Source: Bacteroidota bacterium (GTDB taxonomy: Bacteria; Bacteroidota; Bacteroidia; Bacteroidales; WCHB1-69). From it: DNA of 59,529 nt. The notes beneath the pieces are model-generated. The model was not told where the DNA came from. It worked only from the letters and a program-made list of their open reading frames with translations, and ran no database searches. Shown piece after piece: positions 19,134 to 29,526 of the stretch; the stretch's first letter is position 1; each line of letters starts with the position of its first letter. A program made the position numbers and the translations under genes. The stretch spans positions 1 through 59,529 of the forward strand of contig JAEWNB010000061.1 of the NCBI GenBank assembly GCA_023392945.1, given 5' to 3'.

Positions 19134-19820
19134 ATGATAATCAAAAAATCGCCAAAAGGAGACTTGGAAAGCAGGAAAAATATGTTCCTATTGATAGGAC
19201 TTGTATTGGTTCTTGCCCTAGTTTATGTTGCGTTTGAGCTTTTTGCAACACAGGAAAAATCGCAGGTCATGACTGTAGAGGAAGAAGAATATGTCGATAT
19301 AATGGATGAGAATGTTTTGGCTACCGACCAAACGCCACCCCCACCGGCCCCTGAAGTACAACAACAGACAGAAGTTGTAATCAATATTGTGGAAGACAAT
19401 ATTAAAGTTACTACAGACTGGGATTTTAGTCAGGATTTTGATGAATCTGCCGCTATTGAAGAATATACACCGATTGATATTGTTCAGGAAGCAGTTGACG
19501 ATACTCCTCCTGTCCGTTTTGCAGAAGAGATGCCTGAGTTTATTGGCGGAGAAGAAGCTTTGTATAAATTTTTGAGCAATGAACTGAAGTACCCCAATTT
19601 GGCTAAAGAAAATTTAATTCAGGGTACTGTTCTTGTTGAATTTGTTATTGAGAGAGACGGAAGTCCAAGTAATGTAAAAGTATTGGTCTCCCTTTTTCCC
19701 GATTGTGATCAGGAAGCTATGAGGGTTATTAAAAGCATGCCTAAATGGAAACCCGGAAAACAAATGGGAAGACCGGTTCGTTGTTTCTACAATATTCCTA
19801 TTAGATTTACTCTACAGTAA
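19134..19820 (+). CDS. TonB-family energy transducer
   Basis: N-terminal TM anchor, Pro-rich stretch (TPPPPAPE), C-terminal TonB_C-like domain (PEFIGGEEALYKFL...GTVLVEFVIERDGS). Confidence 0.8.
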   Translation: MIIKKSPKGDLESRKNMFLLIGLVLVLALVYVAFELFATQEKSQVMTVEEEEYVDIMDENVLATDQTPPPPAPEVQQQTEVVINIVEDNIKVTTDWDFSQDFDESAAIEEYTPIDIVQEAVDDTPPVRFAEEMPEFIGGEEALYKFLSNELKYPNLAKENLIQGTVLVEFVIERDGSPSNVKVLVSLFPDCDQEAMRVIKSMPKWKPGKQMGRPVRCFYNIPIRFTLQ

Positions 19821-19836
19821 ATTTTAAAATTAGCAT

Positions 19837-19871
19837 AAAAAAAAGAGAGGTCAACTGACCTCTCTTTTTTT
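19837..19871. terminator. Bidirectional rho-independent terminator between convergent genes
   Basis: A8, GAGAGGTC, AACT loop, GACCTCTC, T7. Confidence 0.85.
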
Positions 19872-19873
19872 GT

Positions 19874-20389
19874 TTAAAATAAAATTGAAATATCTTCTTT
19901 AAGTGCTTTCATTGCAAGGCTTCCGGGAGATTTAACAGATACCTTTTCTAATATGGAAGTGGCTAAATCAATACTTGTAGCTTTATCGTCCAATTTTCCA
20001 GAACAAAGATTGATAAGTTGAATAGTCTCTTCTTTTGCCTGAACAATGAGGTCCCAAACGACTGAAGAAATATAGATCTGTTGAGATAGGTTGTGCTCAA
20101 ATTCTGCACGGATAGAAGTTAACATGATTGTCTTAAACTGCTCAGAAGTCAAATCCTGATTATTTAAACGTTGAATAAGCTGGTTTGGTTCTATTCTTTC
20201 TAAAAACATCGCCATTCTTTCATATGCCTGAAGCCTAATGGGAGTAATCAATGATTTAGAATTATATTTAAGTTCCAGAATTCTTTTTTTCTGATCATTT
20301 TCCAAGAAATATTTAATTGAAAAAAAAGCAGTAAAAAAAACTACAGCACCGGCAAAAGCAATTCCAATAATATACCATAAGATTTCCAT
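19874..20389 (-). CDS. Hypothetical single-TM membrane protein
   Basis: N-terminal TM (ILWYIIGIAFAGAVVFFTAFF) then a helical soluble domain. No known motif recognised. Confidence 0.45.
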   Translation of the reverse strand: MEILWYIIGIAFAGAVVFFTAFFSIKYFLENDQKKRILELKYNSKSLITPIRLQAYERMAMFLERIEPNQLIQRLNNQDLTSEQFKTIMLTSIRAEFEHNLSQQIYISSVVWDLIVQAKEETIQLINLCSGKLDDKATSIDLATSILEKVSVKSPGSLAMKALKEDISILF

Positions 20390-20430
20390 AAAATCGTAAT
20401 TTTAAAATATAGAACAATTAAGTTTAATGA

Positions 20431-21939
20431 TTAACCGCAATGAAAATAGGCATTAACCAATTCTGACAATTTTTTTGAATTTAATGCTACTTCTTTTCTA
20501 ATATCCTTGTCATTAAATGATTTAAGATGTTTTACAATATCATCAATCATTTCAGCATCAAATACACCATGTTTTTCAAAGATATGACGGTGGGCTGATA
20601 ATTCGTCAGCAGATTCCCAGCAACTGGCAGGTAATTGTCCAAGTTTCAGAAGTTTACTTTTATTTTCGGGACTATGAATATTAACATCAACGTAGGTCGA
20701 TTTTGCAAAGTCAAGTGCACTTTCCATTTCGAACCCATGACGAGCAGCAACGGCAAGACCGGCAATCAAAAGATAAATGTCGGCTGAACCATCCGGACAT
20801 CTGAATTCAACTGTTTGTTTTTGAGTAAGGTCTTCTGTGTTCCCTTTTTCGAGAGGATTAACTTCGGCAATCATATCATTTTTGTGAGTCCATCCCAGAG
20901 GAACTCTTACCAAAACAGAGCGGTTTCTATCTCCCCAGCAAATAGAAGTTGGGGCTTCCTGATGAGGTACTAAACGAAAATAGGAGGTTGGATTGGTGTT
21001 CCCAAAAGCAGTAAGAGAAGATGCACAAGTCATGTATCCGGCAATGGCAGATTTGGCAATCGAATTTAGTTTTCCTTTAGTAACCATTTGGTTGACGCCA
21101 TTCTTGTTCACAATTCTAGTATGTATATGAAGTCCGCTTCCTGCTTTTCCGGTAGTTATTTTTGGAGCAAAAGTAACATTCAATCCATACAGATAGGCCA
21201 TGGTTCTGATAATCCATTTTGCAATAACCAGCTGATCAGCCGCATCTTGAGCATCACAAACTAAAAATTCAATTTCATTCTGTTCATAGATTTTGTTGTC
21301 TAAAGTAAAATTACCTACTTCAGAGTGTCCGTATTTAATCTGACCTCCTGCTTTTGCAATACTAAGCATACATTCTGTCCGGAATTGTTCAAATTTTGTA
21401 AAAGGAGCAGATTCATGATATCCTTTTTGGTCAGGGGTTTCATAAAGGTCATCTTTATCTCCAATGACATAATATTCCAATTCACCCATAGCCTGGAAAG
21501 TCATATTGGTAACTTTCGTAAAAGCACTACATGCCTTTTTGAGAATATATTCGGGAGAATTCTGCATGGGTTTTCCATCTTTGTTGAAATAGGAGCATAG
21601 AAAACATAAAGAAGGAATATCGCTGAATGGATCCATAAAGGCAGTGCTAAAACGAGGGATGACATATAAGTCGCTTGAATCTGCATGAATAAAGTCCGGG
21701 AAAATATTAGAACCGTCTACTCTTTCACCAGCAGATAGGATTTGTTCAAGATAGTCGCGGTTATTGATTACAAAATTCAGGCTTTTTAATTTTCCGTCAC
21801 CTGCAACATACCTGAAATTAATCATTTTGATTTCATTCTCTTCAACATACTTAATTATATCAGCTTTTGTAAATTCTTTGGGAGATTTCTTTAAAAAGAT
21901 GACTAAGGGATTTAGACTTAATGCAATGTTTTCTTTCAT
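20431..21939 (-). CDS. glnA: Glutamine synthetase family protein (about 500-aa form)
   Basis: Beta-grasp plus catalytic domain pattern (GELEYYV, KYGHSEVG, GSGLHIHT). Confidence 0.82.
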   Translation of the reverse strand: MKENIALSLNPLVIFLKKSPKEFTKADIIKYVEENEIKMINFRYVAGDGKLKSLNFVINNRDYLEQILSAGERVDGSNIFPDFIHADSSDLYVIPRFSTAFMDPFSDIPSLCFLCSYFNKDGKPMQNSPEYILKKACSAFTKVTNMTFQAMGELEYYVIGDKDDLYETPDQKGYHESAPFTKFEQFRTECMLSIAKAGGQIKYGHSEVGNFTLDNKIYEQNEIEFLVCDAQDAADQLVIAKWIIRTMAYLYGLNVTFAPKITTGKAGSGLHIHTRIVNKNGVNQMVTKGKLNSIAKSAIAGYMTCASSLTAFGNTNPTSYFRLVPHQEAPTSICWGDRNRSVLVRVPLGWTHKNDMIAEVNPLEKGNTEDLTQKQTVEFRCPDGSADIYLLIAGLAVAARHGFEMESALDFAKSTYVDVNIHSPENKSKLLKLGQLPASCWESADELSAHRHIFEKHGVFDAEMIDDIVKHLKSFNDKDIRKEVALNSKKLSELVNAYFHCG

Positions 21940-21990
21940 AACTCAGAATGTTTATTATTAATATTATATATAAATTCAACTAATAGTATG

Positions 21991-21998
21991 CAAAAATA
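21991..21998 (-). promoter_or_regulatory. -7 box TATTTTTG (minus strand) upstream of glutamine synthetase gene
   Basis: The plus strand reads CAAAAATA, 52 nt upstream of ATG 21939. Confidence 0.4.
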
Positions 21999-22004
21999 GA
22001 GATA

Positions 22005-22982
22005 TTATTGATTTAAAAGCTTGAAATATCTTTTAATTTCAACTTTCATTCTTTCATTGCTGCCAAAACTAACGTTTTTTGGTTCGATTCCATTTTTAAA
22101 CATAACCATTCCGGCATCGCTGGTAGAAATATAAGGAGTGATATCAAATTCGGCCACTTCGTTCATTTTGTAATCACGAATTAATATATTAGAGTATCCG
22201 GAATAGACTTCTTCAAAGTAAATATTTTTTTCTTCACAATATGACTGTAGAATAGGAATATACTCATCCCACTCTTCCGGTTTGTTTTCTTTATTATAAT
22301 AAAAAACTACTGCATTATAATTGGCACTATCCTGTTGTTGCACATGCTCAAATCTACTCATTTCATTAATATAATACTTGTCCATAACAAAATATGATTT
22401 TTGAAATGCGGAAGGATCGTTTTCAATTTCTGTTTTAGTAACATCAACGACAGATTTAATCCATTCATAGGATTTTTCAACAACAAAAGCTCCATCTGAT
22501 TCACGACGGGTAGTCCATACTTCGGTTTCAAGCACATTTTGGTTTTGGACTGCAAGATTTACGGCGACAGGAATAAGATCAAGAATTCTTTGTGTTCCAA
22601 GTCCGGAAGTAATCACTAAATAAATCCACTCCCTGCTTTTTGATTGTACCATCCACAGCTCTCTGCCTTCAGGCAATCTTTCAATACAGACAACACCCCA
22701 TTCATTTGGAAAGTCAATTTTTGTCCGAACAGGTTCTCCTTCAAAATCATTTGCTTGCCTGATAAACTCTTGTAAAAAATCTTCACTGACAGGATATAAA
22801 GGTGCATTGTCAGAAAGTGATGTGGCAATAGTATTTGAAATTATGGTAATAGGGTATTCAACTGTTTCCGTTAATGTCTCTGTGGGTGGAGGCGTTTTTT
22901 GTTTTCTACAGGAGGAGCCACTAAATACTAATATTAAAACTGTGAGTGTTATGATAAAAATTTCTTTTAGGTAAGTTTTCAT
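22005..22982 (-). CDS. Hypothetical lipoprotein
   Basis: Signal/lipobox LVFSGSSC. No recognisable motif. Confidence 0.5.
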   Translation of the reverse strand: MKTYLKEIFIITLTVLILVFSGSSCRKQKTPPPTETLTETVEYPITIISNTIATSLSDNAPLYPVSEDFLQEFIRQANDFEGEPVRTKIDFPNEWGVVCIERLPEGRELWMVQSKSREWIYLVITSGLGTQRILDLIPVAVNLAVQNQNVLETEVWTTRRESDGAFVVEKSYEWIKSVVDVTKTEIENDPSAFQKSYFVMDKYYINEMSRFEHVQQQDSANYNAVVFYYNKENKPEEWDEYIPILQSYCEEKNIYFEEVYSGYSNILIRDYKMNEVAEFDITPYISTSDAGMVMFKNGIEPKNVSFGSNERMKVEIKRYFKLLNQ

Positions 22983-23056
22983 ATTAATACAAAATTGTTG
23001 AATTGGTATAATAGACTAGGGCAAAGATAATATATTTTTGATAATAATTTAAGAAG

Positions 23057-24952
23057 TTATTTGTCTGATAATTTACTCCAAATTTTTAGTTGGGATACAA
23101 GACTTTCAATATCAAATCCCAACTCATTATGAAGATTAGGAATATCACCATGGTCAATAAATTTGTCGGGAATTGCGATAGGATGCAAAATATTGGAACA
23201 ATGTCGATTCTCAAGAAATTCTGCGACGGCTGAAAACAATCCTCCCTTTTCAGTCCCGTCTTCCACGGTAACCAAAATTGGGTATTTTTCTGCAATTGTA
23301 GTTAAAAGATCTTCATCAATTGGTTTAAGAAATTGCATATCGATATGGGCAGGGCAAATATCCTGAGATTCAAGAATGTCAATTGCTTCAGCAACATTAT
23401 TTCCAATAGGTCCTAAAGAAATGACTGCCATATTTTGACCTTCTCTCAATATATTGCCTTTGCCAATGGTTAATTTTTGGAAAGGATGTTGCCAATTCTT
23501 ATGAACACCTCTTCCACGGGGATAACGGATAGCAAAAGGATTCGTTTTATTAAGATAGGCGGTATATAATAAATTCCGTAAAGCAATTTCATCCAAAGGA
23601 GAAGCAATAATCATATTGGGAACAGAACGAAGAAAAGCCAGATCAAATGTTCCGTGATGAGTTACTCCGTCTTCTCCAACAATCCCGGCTCGGTCAATAC
23701 AAAATATAACAGGGAGATTTTGCAAGGCAACATCATGAATTATCTGGTCATATCCTCGTTGTAAAAAAGATGAATATATATTGCAGAAAGGGATATATCC
23801 TTCAACAGCAAGTCCTGCAGAAAAAGTAACGGCATGTTGTTCAGCAATCCCAACGTCAAACATACGGTCAGGATAATGTTCCTTAAGAATATTTAATGAA
23901 CAACCGGTTGCCATGGCAGGAGTAATACCAACAACTTTTTTATTTAATTTAGCCAGTTCAAGAATAGTTTCTCCGAAAACTGTTTGATATTTTGGGGGTG
24001 TATCAGGAGCGTAATTTTCAATAAGTTCACCGGTGTCAGGATTGAATTTTCCCGGAGCATGATAGGTGGTTTGGTCAGATTCTGCAAGTTTAAGACCTTT
24101 TCCTTTTACTGTAATAATATGTAATAATTTAGGACCGGAAATCTTTTTTAATGCCTGCAATATGGCAACAAGTTTTACCACATCATGACCATCAGCCGGT
24201 CCAAAATAACGAAAGCCCATACTTTGGAAGAGATTACTTCCACTGAGCAGGAAGCCCTTCAGGACATTTCCCATGCTGCTCAAAAAATGAGTTAATTTAT
24301 TAGACTGTTTCTTTTTAAAAGTAAAGAAATTCCACAACTTGTTTTTATATCTGTTATAGGCAGGAGATGAGGTGATATTAAGCAGATATTGGCTCATGGC
24401 CCCAACATTACTGTCAATTGCTATTTTATTGTCATTAAGTATAATCAACATATTGGCATTTGAACCGCCTGCATGATTCATTGCTTCGAAAGCCATTCCT
24501 CCCCCCATTGCACCGTCTCCAATAACTGCAATATGATTTTGATTTATGTTTCCATCTAATTTTGCAGCTGCAGCCATTCCCATAATGGCAGAAATTGAAG
24601 TTGAAGAGTGTCCTGTCCCAAATGAGTCATATTCGCTTTCACTCATTTTTGGGAATCCACTGATCCCCTTGTATTTTCTATTTGTATGAAAATGTTCTTT
24701 TCTTCCGGTCAATATTTTATGAGCATAGGCCTGATGGCCTACATCCCAAACTAATTTATCATCAGGAGTATTAAAAACATAATGAATGGCAACAGTCAAT
24801 TCTATTGTTCCAAGACTTGCCCCAAGATGACCCGGATTTTCTGCAGTTTCGTTAATGATAAATTCACGGAGTTCTTCACACAATTTCGGCAGTTCATTAA
24901 TGTTGAGTTTTTTAAGATCTTCCGGATATTTTATTTGATCGAGATAGTTCAT
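23057..24952 (-). CDS. dxs: 1-deoxy-D-xylulose-5-phosphate synthase
   Basis: 631 aa. GHLGASLG, WDVGHQAY, TPP motif GDGAMGGGMAFEAMN, GEDGVTHHG. Confidence 0.95.
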   Translation of the reverse strand: MNYLDQIKYPEDLKKLNINELPKLCEELREFIINETAENPGHLGASLGTIELTVAIHYVFNTPDDKLVWDVGHQAYAHKILTGRKEHFHTNRKYKGISGFPKMSESEYDSFGTGHSSTSISAIMGMAAAAKLDGNINQNHIAVIGDGAMGGGMAFEAMNHAGGSNANMLIILNDNKIAIDSNVGAMSQYLLNITSSPAYNRYKNKLWNFFTFKKKQSNKLTHFLSSMGNVLKGFLLSGSNLFQSMGFRYFGPADGHDVVKLVAILQALKKISGPKLLHIITVKGKGLKLAESDQTTYHAPGKFNPDTGELIENYAPDTPPKYQTVFGETILELAKLNKKVVGITPAMATGCSLNILKEHYPDRMFDVGIAEQHAVTFSAGLAVEGYIPFCNIYSSFLQRGYDQIIHDVALQNLPVIFCIDRAGIVGEDGVTHHGTFDLAFLRSVPNMIIASPLDEIALRNLLYTAYLNKTNPFAIRYPRGRGVHKNWQHPFQKLTIGKGNILREGQNMAVISLGPIGNNVAEAIDILESQDICPAHIDMQFLKPIDEDLLTTIAEKYPILVTVEDGTEKGGLFSAVAEFLENRHCSNILHPIAIPDKFIDHGDIPNLHNELGFDIESLVSQLKIWSKLSDK

Positions 24953-24985
24953 AATTGGATATTAATAATTATCTATTTCGACAAG

Positions 24986-26215
24986 TTAATCTTGTTCTAA
25001 AATTGGTTCATGGTTAATAAGGTCATAGTAGAAAGCAATAATTTTTTCTGTAATTATTTCATTGTTATGATAAAGTGTGACATAATTTTTAGCATTTTCA
25101 CCAATTATTTTGCATATATCTGGTGTCCTTACACATTTATCAATCACTTCAATAAACTCATCCGGATCATTGGCAATGAGAATATTTTTACCGTTTTCTA
25201 CTGATAAACCCTCGGCTCCGATAGTTGTAGTAATAATTGTTCTGCCAAGGGCCATCCCTTCAAGTATTTTTATTCTTACTCCGCTTCCTGACAAAAGGGG
25301 AACAATCATAATATCCTTTGATAAGATAAATTCTTTGGCATTTTTTACTTCACCAAGAATAATCAAGTTGGGGATGTTGTATTCCAAAAATTTAGCCGGG
25401 GTGTTTCTCCCTGCAATGGAAAAAGTCAATTGAGGAAATATGGCATTAATTTTACCCCAAACCTTTTCAATAAACCAGCTAAGACCCTCAATATTAGGGG
25501 CCCAATTCATACTTCCAATATGAAATAATTCGGGTTTATCTGAAGGAATATATTCATCTTCAGAATGATAAAGTTCCATATCAATTCCGGCTTCAATTAC
25601 AGTTCCGGGGACATTCGGGAATAATTCATGGAAGAAGTTATAATCCTGATCAGAGATAGCCATATAGCCATCGATAAGGTTGAAGGTTGAATATTCAAAC
25701 TTTTTTAACTGATTGGTTATTCTTTTTAAAATAATCTTTTTGGCAATATTTTTCTCGTGAAGTGTAATCCGCTCCCATATTCTATGTTCTATGTTATGAG
25801 TACGGAGAACAATTTTAGCTTTAGAGTATTGTCTAATAACAGGAATATAGGGCGCAATAAAAATTGTTTCCAAGTGAATAACATCAAACTCTTCAGCTTT
25901 TAGAATAGAGATAATTTTTTGAGTTAACTCCTTAGAAATAAAACGTTGGACATGATAGGATTTATTAAACAACAAAGCTTTTAAAAAGCTGAGTTTTTTC
26001 ATGGAAGTATCAATAAAAACCGTTTCAAAACGGGTTTTCATTAAATAATCCTGAGGTAATTCAGATTTTTTAAAAGGATGTTTTGGTGTTGATATAGCCA
26101 CTACTTTTATATCGTGTCCACTTTTAAGTACACCACGGGTAATATTGTTGATGGCTATACAACCTCCGTCCACCGCCGGTAAAGGAGGCTTATTACAAAA
26201 CTGAAGTATTTTCAT
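24986..26215 (-). CDS. Glycosyltransferase family 4 (GT-B fold)
   Basis: C-terminal EX7E-type motif (LEGMALGRTIITTTIGAEGL). N-terminal GT4-like domain. Confidence 0.82.
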   Translation of the reverse strand: MKILQFCNKPPLPAVDGGCIAINNITRGVLKSGHDIKVVAISTPKHPFKKSELPQDYLMKTRFETVFIDTSMKKLSFLKALLFNKSYHVQRFISKELTQKIISILKAEEFDVIHLETIFIAPYIPVIRQYSKAKIVLRTHNIEHRIWERITLHEKNIAKKIILKRITNQLKKFEYSTFNLIDGYMAISDQDYNFFHELFPNVPGTVIEAGIDMELYHSEDEYIPSDKPELFHIGSMNWAPNIEGLSWFIEKVWGKINAIFPQLTFSIAGRNTPAKFLEYNIPNLIILGEVKNAKEFILSKDIMIVPLLSGSGVRIKILEGMALGRTIITTTIGAEGLSVENGKNILIANDPDEFIEVIDKCVRTPDICKIIGENAKNYVTLYHNNEIITEKIIAFYYDLINHEPILEQD

Positions 26216-27654
26216 TTTGAAATATCGGAAGATTTATTTATTAAATTAAATTTTTTAAACCATTTAGCATATTCTTCGGTTGATAATACTGCTGAGTCAA
26301 TTGTTGCTTTATTTGTCAGAAATGCACAAATGGGGATCAATATAAATGTTGAAAACCACATTCCTATGTTAACCGGGATAAGGCTCCCTTTTGAAACTTT
26401 TTCGCCAATAATTGAAATTACAAAATAGAAAGTAAAAAACACAATAGTAACCACAAGTGGAATCCCGATGCCGCCTTTTCTTATTATTGATCCAAGAGGA
26501 GCCCCAATAAAAAAGAACAGAATACAGGCAACAGCTAAAGTAAATTTTCTATGCCATTCAATTTGGTATGACCAAAGAGCAATATTGCGGTAATCCATTT
26601 CATCATAGGAAAATTTCACTGAATTGATAAAATTTCCCGAACATTGTTGTGCAAAATTAAAAATTCTTTCCTGATTTCGGAAAGGAATACTGTCTATGGA
26701 ATATTTTGAAACATTTTGCATCGGGATATAATCCGCCGTATCCGATTTTATTATTTGGCTGAAATAAAATAAATTATTGAAGAAAGAGCTGGATGCATTA
26801 GAAGTAATCAGAGATATCTGTTTTTTCAGAGTGTCAATTTCTTTAGTTAAATCTTTAATTGGTAATGCCTTAGTAGTTGTTTTAAAAAAAGACTCATCAG
26901 ATTTCTGAATTTGAAAAGAGGAAAGATCAAAACGTTTATATTGTTCTTTGAATTTTGCTCTTGTTAAAGGGAAACGAGTACCTCTGCTATTATTATTCTG
27001 ACTTTCATCCCAAAAATAGCCGTTGTAGAGTATAAAAAGCAGATATTTCTTATCAGGGGTTATTTTCATAGTGCCTTTTTTAGCATAAGTCATAGTGGTA
27101 TTTCCCTGATGTTTTGAATGATCATATATCAGAATATCTTCAATGGTTTCATTATTGCGATGTTTTTTCCCAATTCGAATCGTATAGTTGTCAAAACCAT
27201 CGTAAAAGGTTCCTTCTTCAATGCTTAAGGCAGGTTTTTGTTCTCTTATGTCATATAGTAACGTTCTCATTTTGATGTAGGCTTTAGGGCTTACATTATT
27301 ACTAAACCAAAATGAACCGCCGGCAATCACAACTGAAAGCAAGGCAAGTGGAATCATCAATTTGCTGATTGGAATTCCGGCTGATTTAAGTGCCACAATT
27401 TCATAACGCTCACCTAATGAACCAAAAGTCATTAAAGAGGAGAGGAGCACAGCCAAAGGAGCAGCCATTGAGACAAAAGTAGCGGAGGCAAATAATAAGA
27501 GTTCAAGAATTAGATGTATTTCCAAACCTTTTCCCACTAATTCATCAACATACTTCCACAAGAATTGCATCAGTAGGATAAAAAGTGCAAAGAAAAAAGT
27601 AAGGACAAAGGGCCCGAGAAATTTTTTTATTAAGTAGCGATAAATAATTTTCAC
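26212..27654 (-). CDS. LptF/LptG (YjgP/YjgQ) family LPS export permease
   Basis: IIYRYLIKKFLGPF start, three TM helices, a large periplasmic domain, then three TM helices. The 4-nt ATGA overlap with the GT4 gene suggests coupling. Confidence 0.8.
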   Translation of the reverse strand: MKIIYRYLIKKFLGPFVLTFFFALFILLMQFLWKYVDELVGKGLEIHLILELLLFASATFVSMAAPLAVLLSSLMTFGSLGERYEIVALKSAGIPISKLMIPLALLSVVIAGGSFWFSNNVSPKAYIKMRTLLYDIREQKPALSIEEGTFYDGFDNYTIRIGKKHRNNETIEDILIYDHSKHQGNTTMTYAKKGTMKITPDKKYLLFILYNGYFWDESQNNNSRGTRFPLTRAKFKEQYKRFDLSSFQIQKSDESFFKTTTKALPIKDLTKEIDTLKKQISLITSNASSSFFNNLFYFSQIIKSDTADYIPMQNVSKYSIDSIPFRNQERIFNFAQQCSGNFINSVKFSYDEMDYRNIALWSYQIEWHRKFTLAVACILFFFIGAPLGSIIRKGGIGIPLVVTIVFFTFYFVISIIGEKVSKGSLIPVNIGMWFSTFILIPICAFLTNKATIDSAVLSTEEYAKWFKKFNLINKSSDISK

Positions 27655-27668
27655 GGATAAAAAACTAA

Positions 27669-28514
27669 TTAATAATCCCCGATAGTTTCGGGTAACTGAG
27701 ACAAAGCTTTCGCTGCTTGCTCATCGTTTGGCGGGGTTCCGTGCCATTTATGAGTACCCATCATAAAATCTACGCCCATTCCCATTTCAGTGTGCATTAA
27801 AATAATGACAGGTTTCCCTTTTCCGGTTAGTGTTTTAGCATATTTTAGCATCTTAACGGTATCTTCCATGGCATTGCCGTTCATTTCAATAACTTCCCAG
27901 TCAAATGCAAGTAACTTGGATTTCAAATCTCCAAGACTGCATACGTCATCGGTCGATCCATCAATCTGTTTTTTGTTATAATCAACAATGGCAATAAGAT
28001 TGTCAATTTTATTTGCGGAAGCAAAAAGCAAAGATTCCCAGATTTGTCCTTCTTCAAGTTCACCGTCTCCGGTCAGAACAAATACGGTTTTATCATCTTT
28101 ATTGTTCTTTTTGGCAATAGAAGCTCCGATAGCAATTGAAATACCCTGACCTAATGAACCGGAAGTAACTCTGATTCCAGGTAAATGTTTTGCAGGTGTC
28201 GGATGCCCTTGCAATCTGGAACCAAAAAGTCTGAATGATTTTAATTCATCTATTGGAAAATATCCGCGACGTGCCATTACACTGTATAAAACAGGAGTCA
28301 AATGACCATTAGAAATAAAAAACATATCTTCATTCATTCCTGTTTGAGTAAAATTTGTCGGATTAATATCCATAATTTCAAAATGCAGTGCTGTCAAAAA
28401 ATCGGCACAGCCAAGAGATCCCCCCGGATGTCCTGATTTAGCATTGTGAACCATTCTGATTATATCTCTTCTAACCTGAGCTGAAATAGTCTCTAATTCT
28501 CTAATTGAAGTCAT
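27669..28514 (-). CDS. Transketolase, N-terminal (TPP-binding) subunit
   Basis: SGHPGGSLG, GSLGQG and GDGELEEGQIWE TPP motifs. The 281-aa length matches the split-transketolase N subunit. Confidence 0.9.
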   Translation of the reverse strand: MTSIRELETISAQVRRDIIRMVHNAKSGHPGGSLGCADFLTALHFEIMDINPTNFTQTGMNEDMFFISNGHLTPVLYSVMARRGYFPIDELKSFRLFGSRLQGHPTPAKHLPGIRVTSGSLGQGISIAIGASIAKKNNKDDKTVFVLTGDGELEEGQIWESLLFASANKIDNLIAIVDYNKKQIDGSTDDVCSLGDLKSKLLAFDWEVIEMNGNAMEDTVKMLKYAKTLTGKGKPVIILMHTEMGMGVDFMMGTHKWHGTPPNDEQAAKALSQLPETIGDY

Positions 28515-28571
28515 TCTGAATAATATTTTGATTAATTGTCTAACGATTTATTATAAAGTATATTATATTTT

Positions 28572-29093
28572 TTAAATTACATTTTCATTTGTTTTTAGAA
28601 TTTCATTTTCTAACTGAGTGAGAAAATAAGTTCCAAGTAAAGTTATGGTCTCAAGTTGAGAAAGATAAGTAAAGTCTTTTGAAACTTCAATATCTCCTTT
28701 AATAGTCCCGGCAATGGTTGGTTTATAACGAACAATAATCTGATTTTTTTCGTTAGTCCATCCCCATTGGTTTTTCCAAAGATTAATTAGTCTGAAGTAA
28801 AAGGCAACTTTATCAATTGTAATTTTTGTATAGCAATCAAGATTCAAATAAGCGATGGTTTCATTTGTATCATGTTTTTCTTTGCGTAGTGTAATATAGG
28901 GTTTAAAAAAACCGCATCTTTTAACTGTAAATGTCCCCTGATAAGTTTCAAGTCGTGCTAAAGTTCCGGTATTATTAACCAGATCAACAGAACCATATAA
29001 CTCTTCTCCGGATTTAATTTCATAGTATTTTTTGATAATATCGGGTTTGATTATTTGGAGGGTTGTTATCGGGCTCTCACTAATTGTTTTCAT
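28572..29093 (-). CDS. Hypothetical protein
   Basis: ORF in operon context. Start moved to MKTISE (ATG at 29093) to remove a 53-nt overlap with the HIT gene. No motif recognised. Confidence 0.4.
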   Translation of the reverse strand: MKTISESPITTLQIIKPDIIKKYYEIKSGEELYGSVDLVNNTGTLARLETYQGTFTVKRCGFFKPYITLRKEKHDTNETIAYLNLDCYTKITIDKVAFYFRLINLWKNQWGWTNEKNQIIVRYKPTIAGTIKGDIEVSKDFTYLSQLETITLLGTYFLTQLENEILKTNENVI

Positions 29094-29112
29094 TGCTGAT
29101 AAAATAAAATTG

Positions 29113-29526
29113 TTATTGTGTGATGGCTTTTGATATTTCAGATACAATTGCTTCAAATTCTTCATTGCTAAAAGAAACTCTTTTCCCGGAAAAATTCATT
29201 TCTTCAACTTTATTTATGGGAATCAGATGAATATGAGTATGGGGCACATCCAGTCCAATAACAGCAACACCAATTCTTTTACAAGGAATAACTTTTTCTA
29301 TACCGACAGCTACTTTTTTAGCAAAAAGTGTTAATTCTGATAGCATAGCATCTTCAAGGTCAAAAATGTAGTCATTCTGAATTTTTGGTACTACCAGCGC
29401 ATGTCCTTTAGCTAAAGGTGAAATGTCTAAAAAAGATATAAAATCGTCATTCTCAGCAATTTTATAACAAGGAATTTCACCTTTGATTATTTTTGTGAAT
29501 ATTGTTTCCATTTTATCTTGATACAT
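29113..29526 (-). CDS. HIT (histidine triad) family protein
   Basis: FTKIIKGEIP start and histidine triad HTHIHLIP. Confidence 0.9.
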   Translation of the reverse strand: MYQDKMETIFTKIIKGEIPCYKIAENDDFISFLDISPLAKGHALVVPKIQNDYIFDLEDAMLSELTLFAKKVAVGIEKVIPCKRIGVAVIGLDVPHTHIHLIPINKVEEMNFSGKRVSFSNEEFEAIVSEISKAITQ

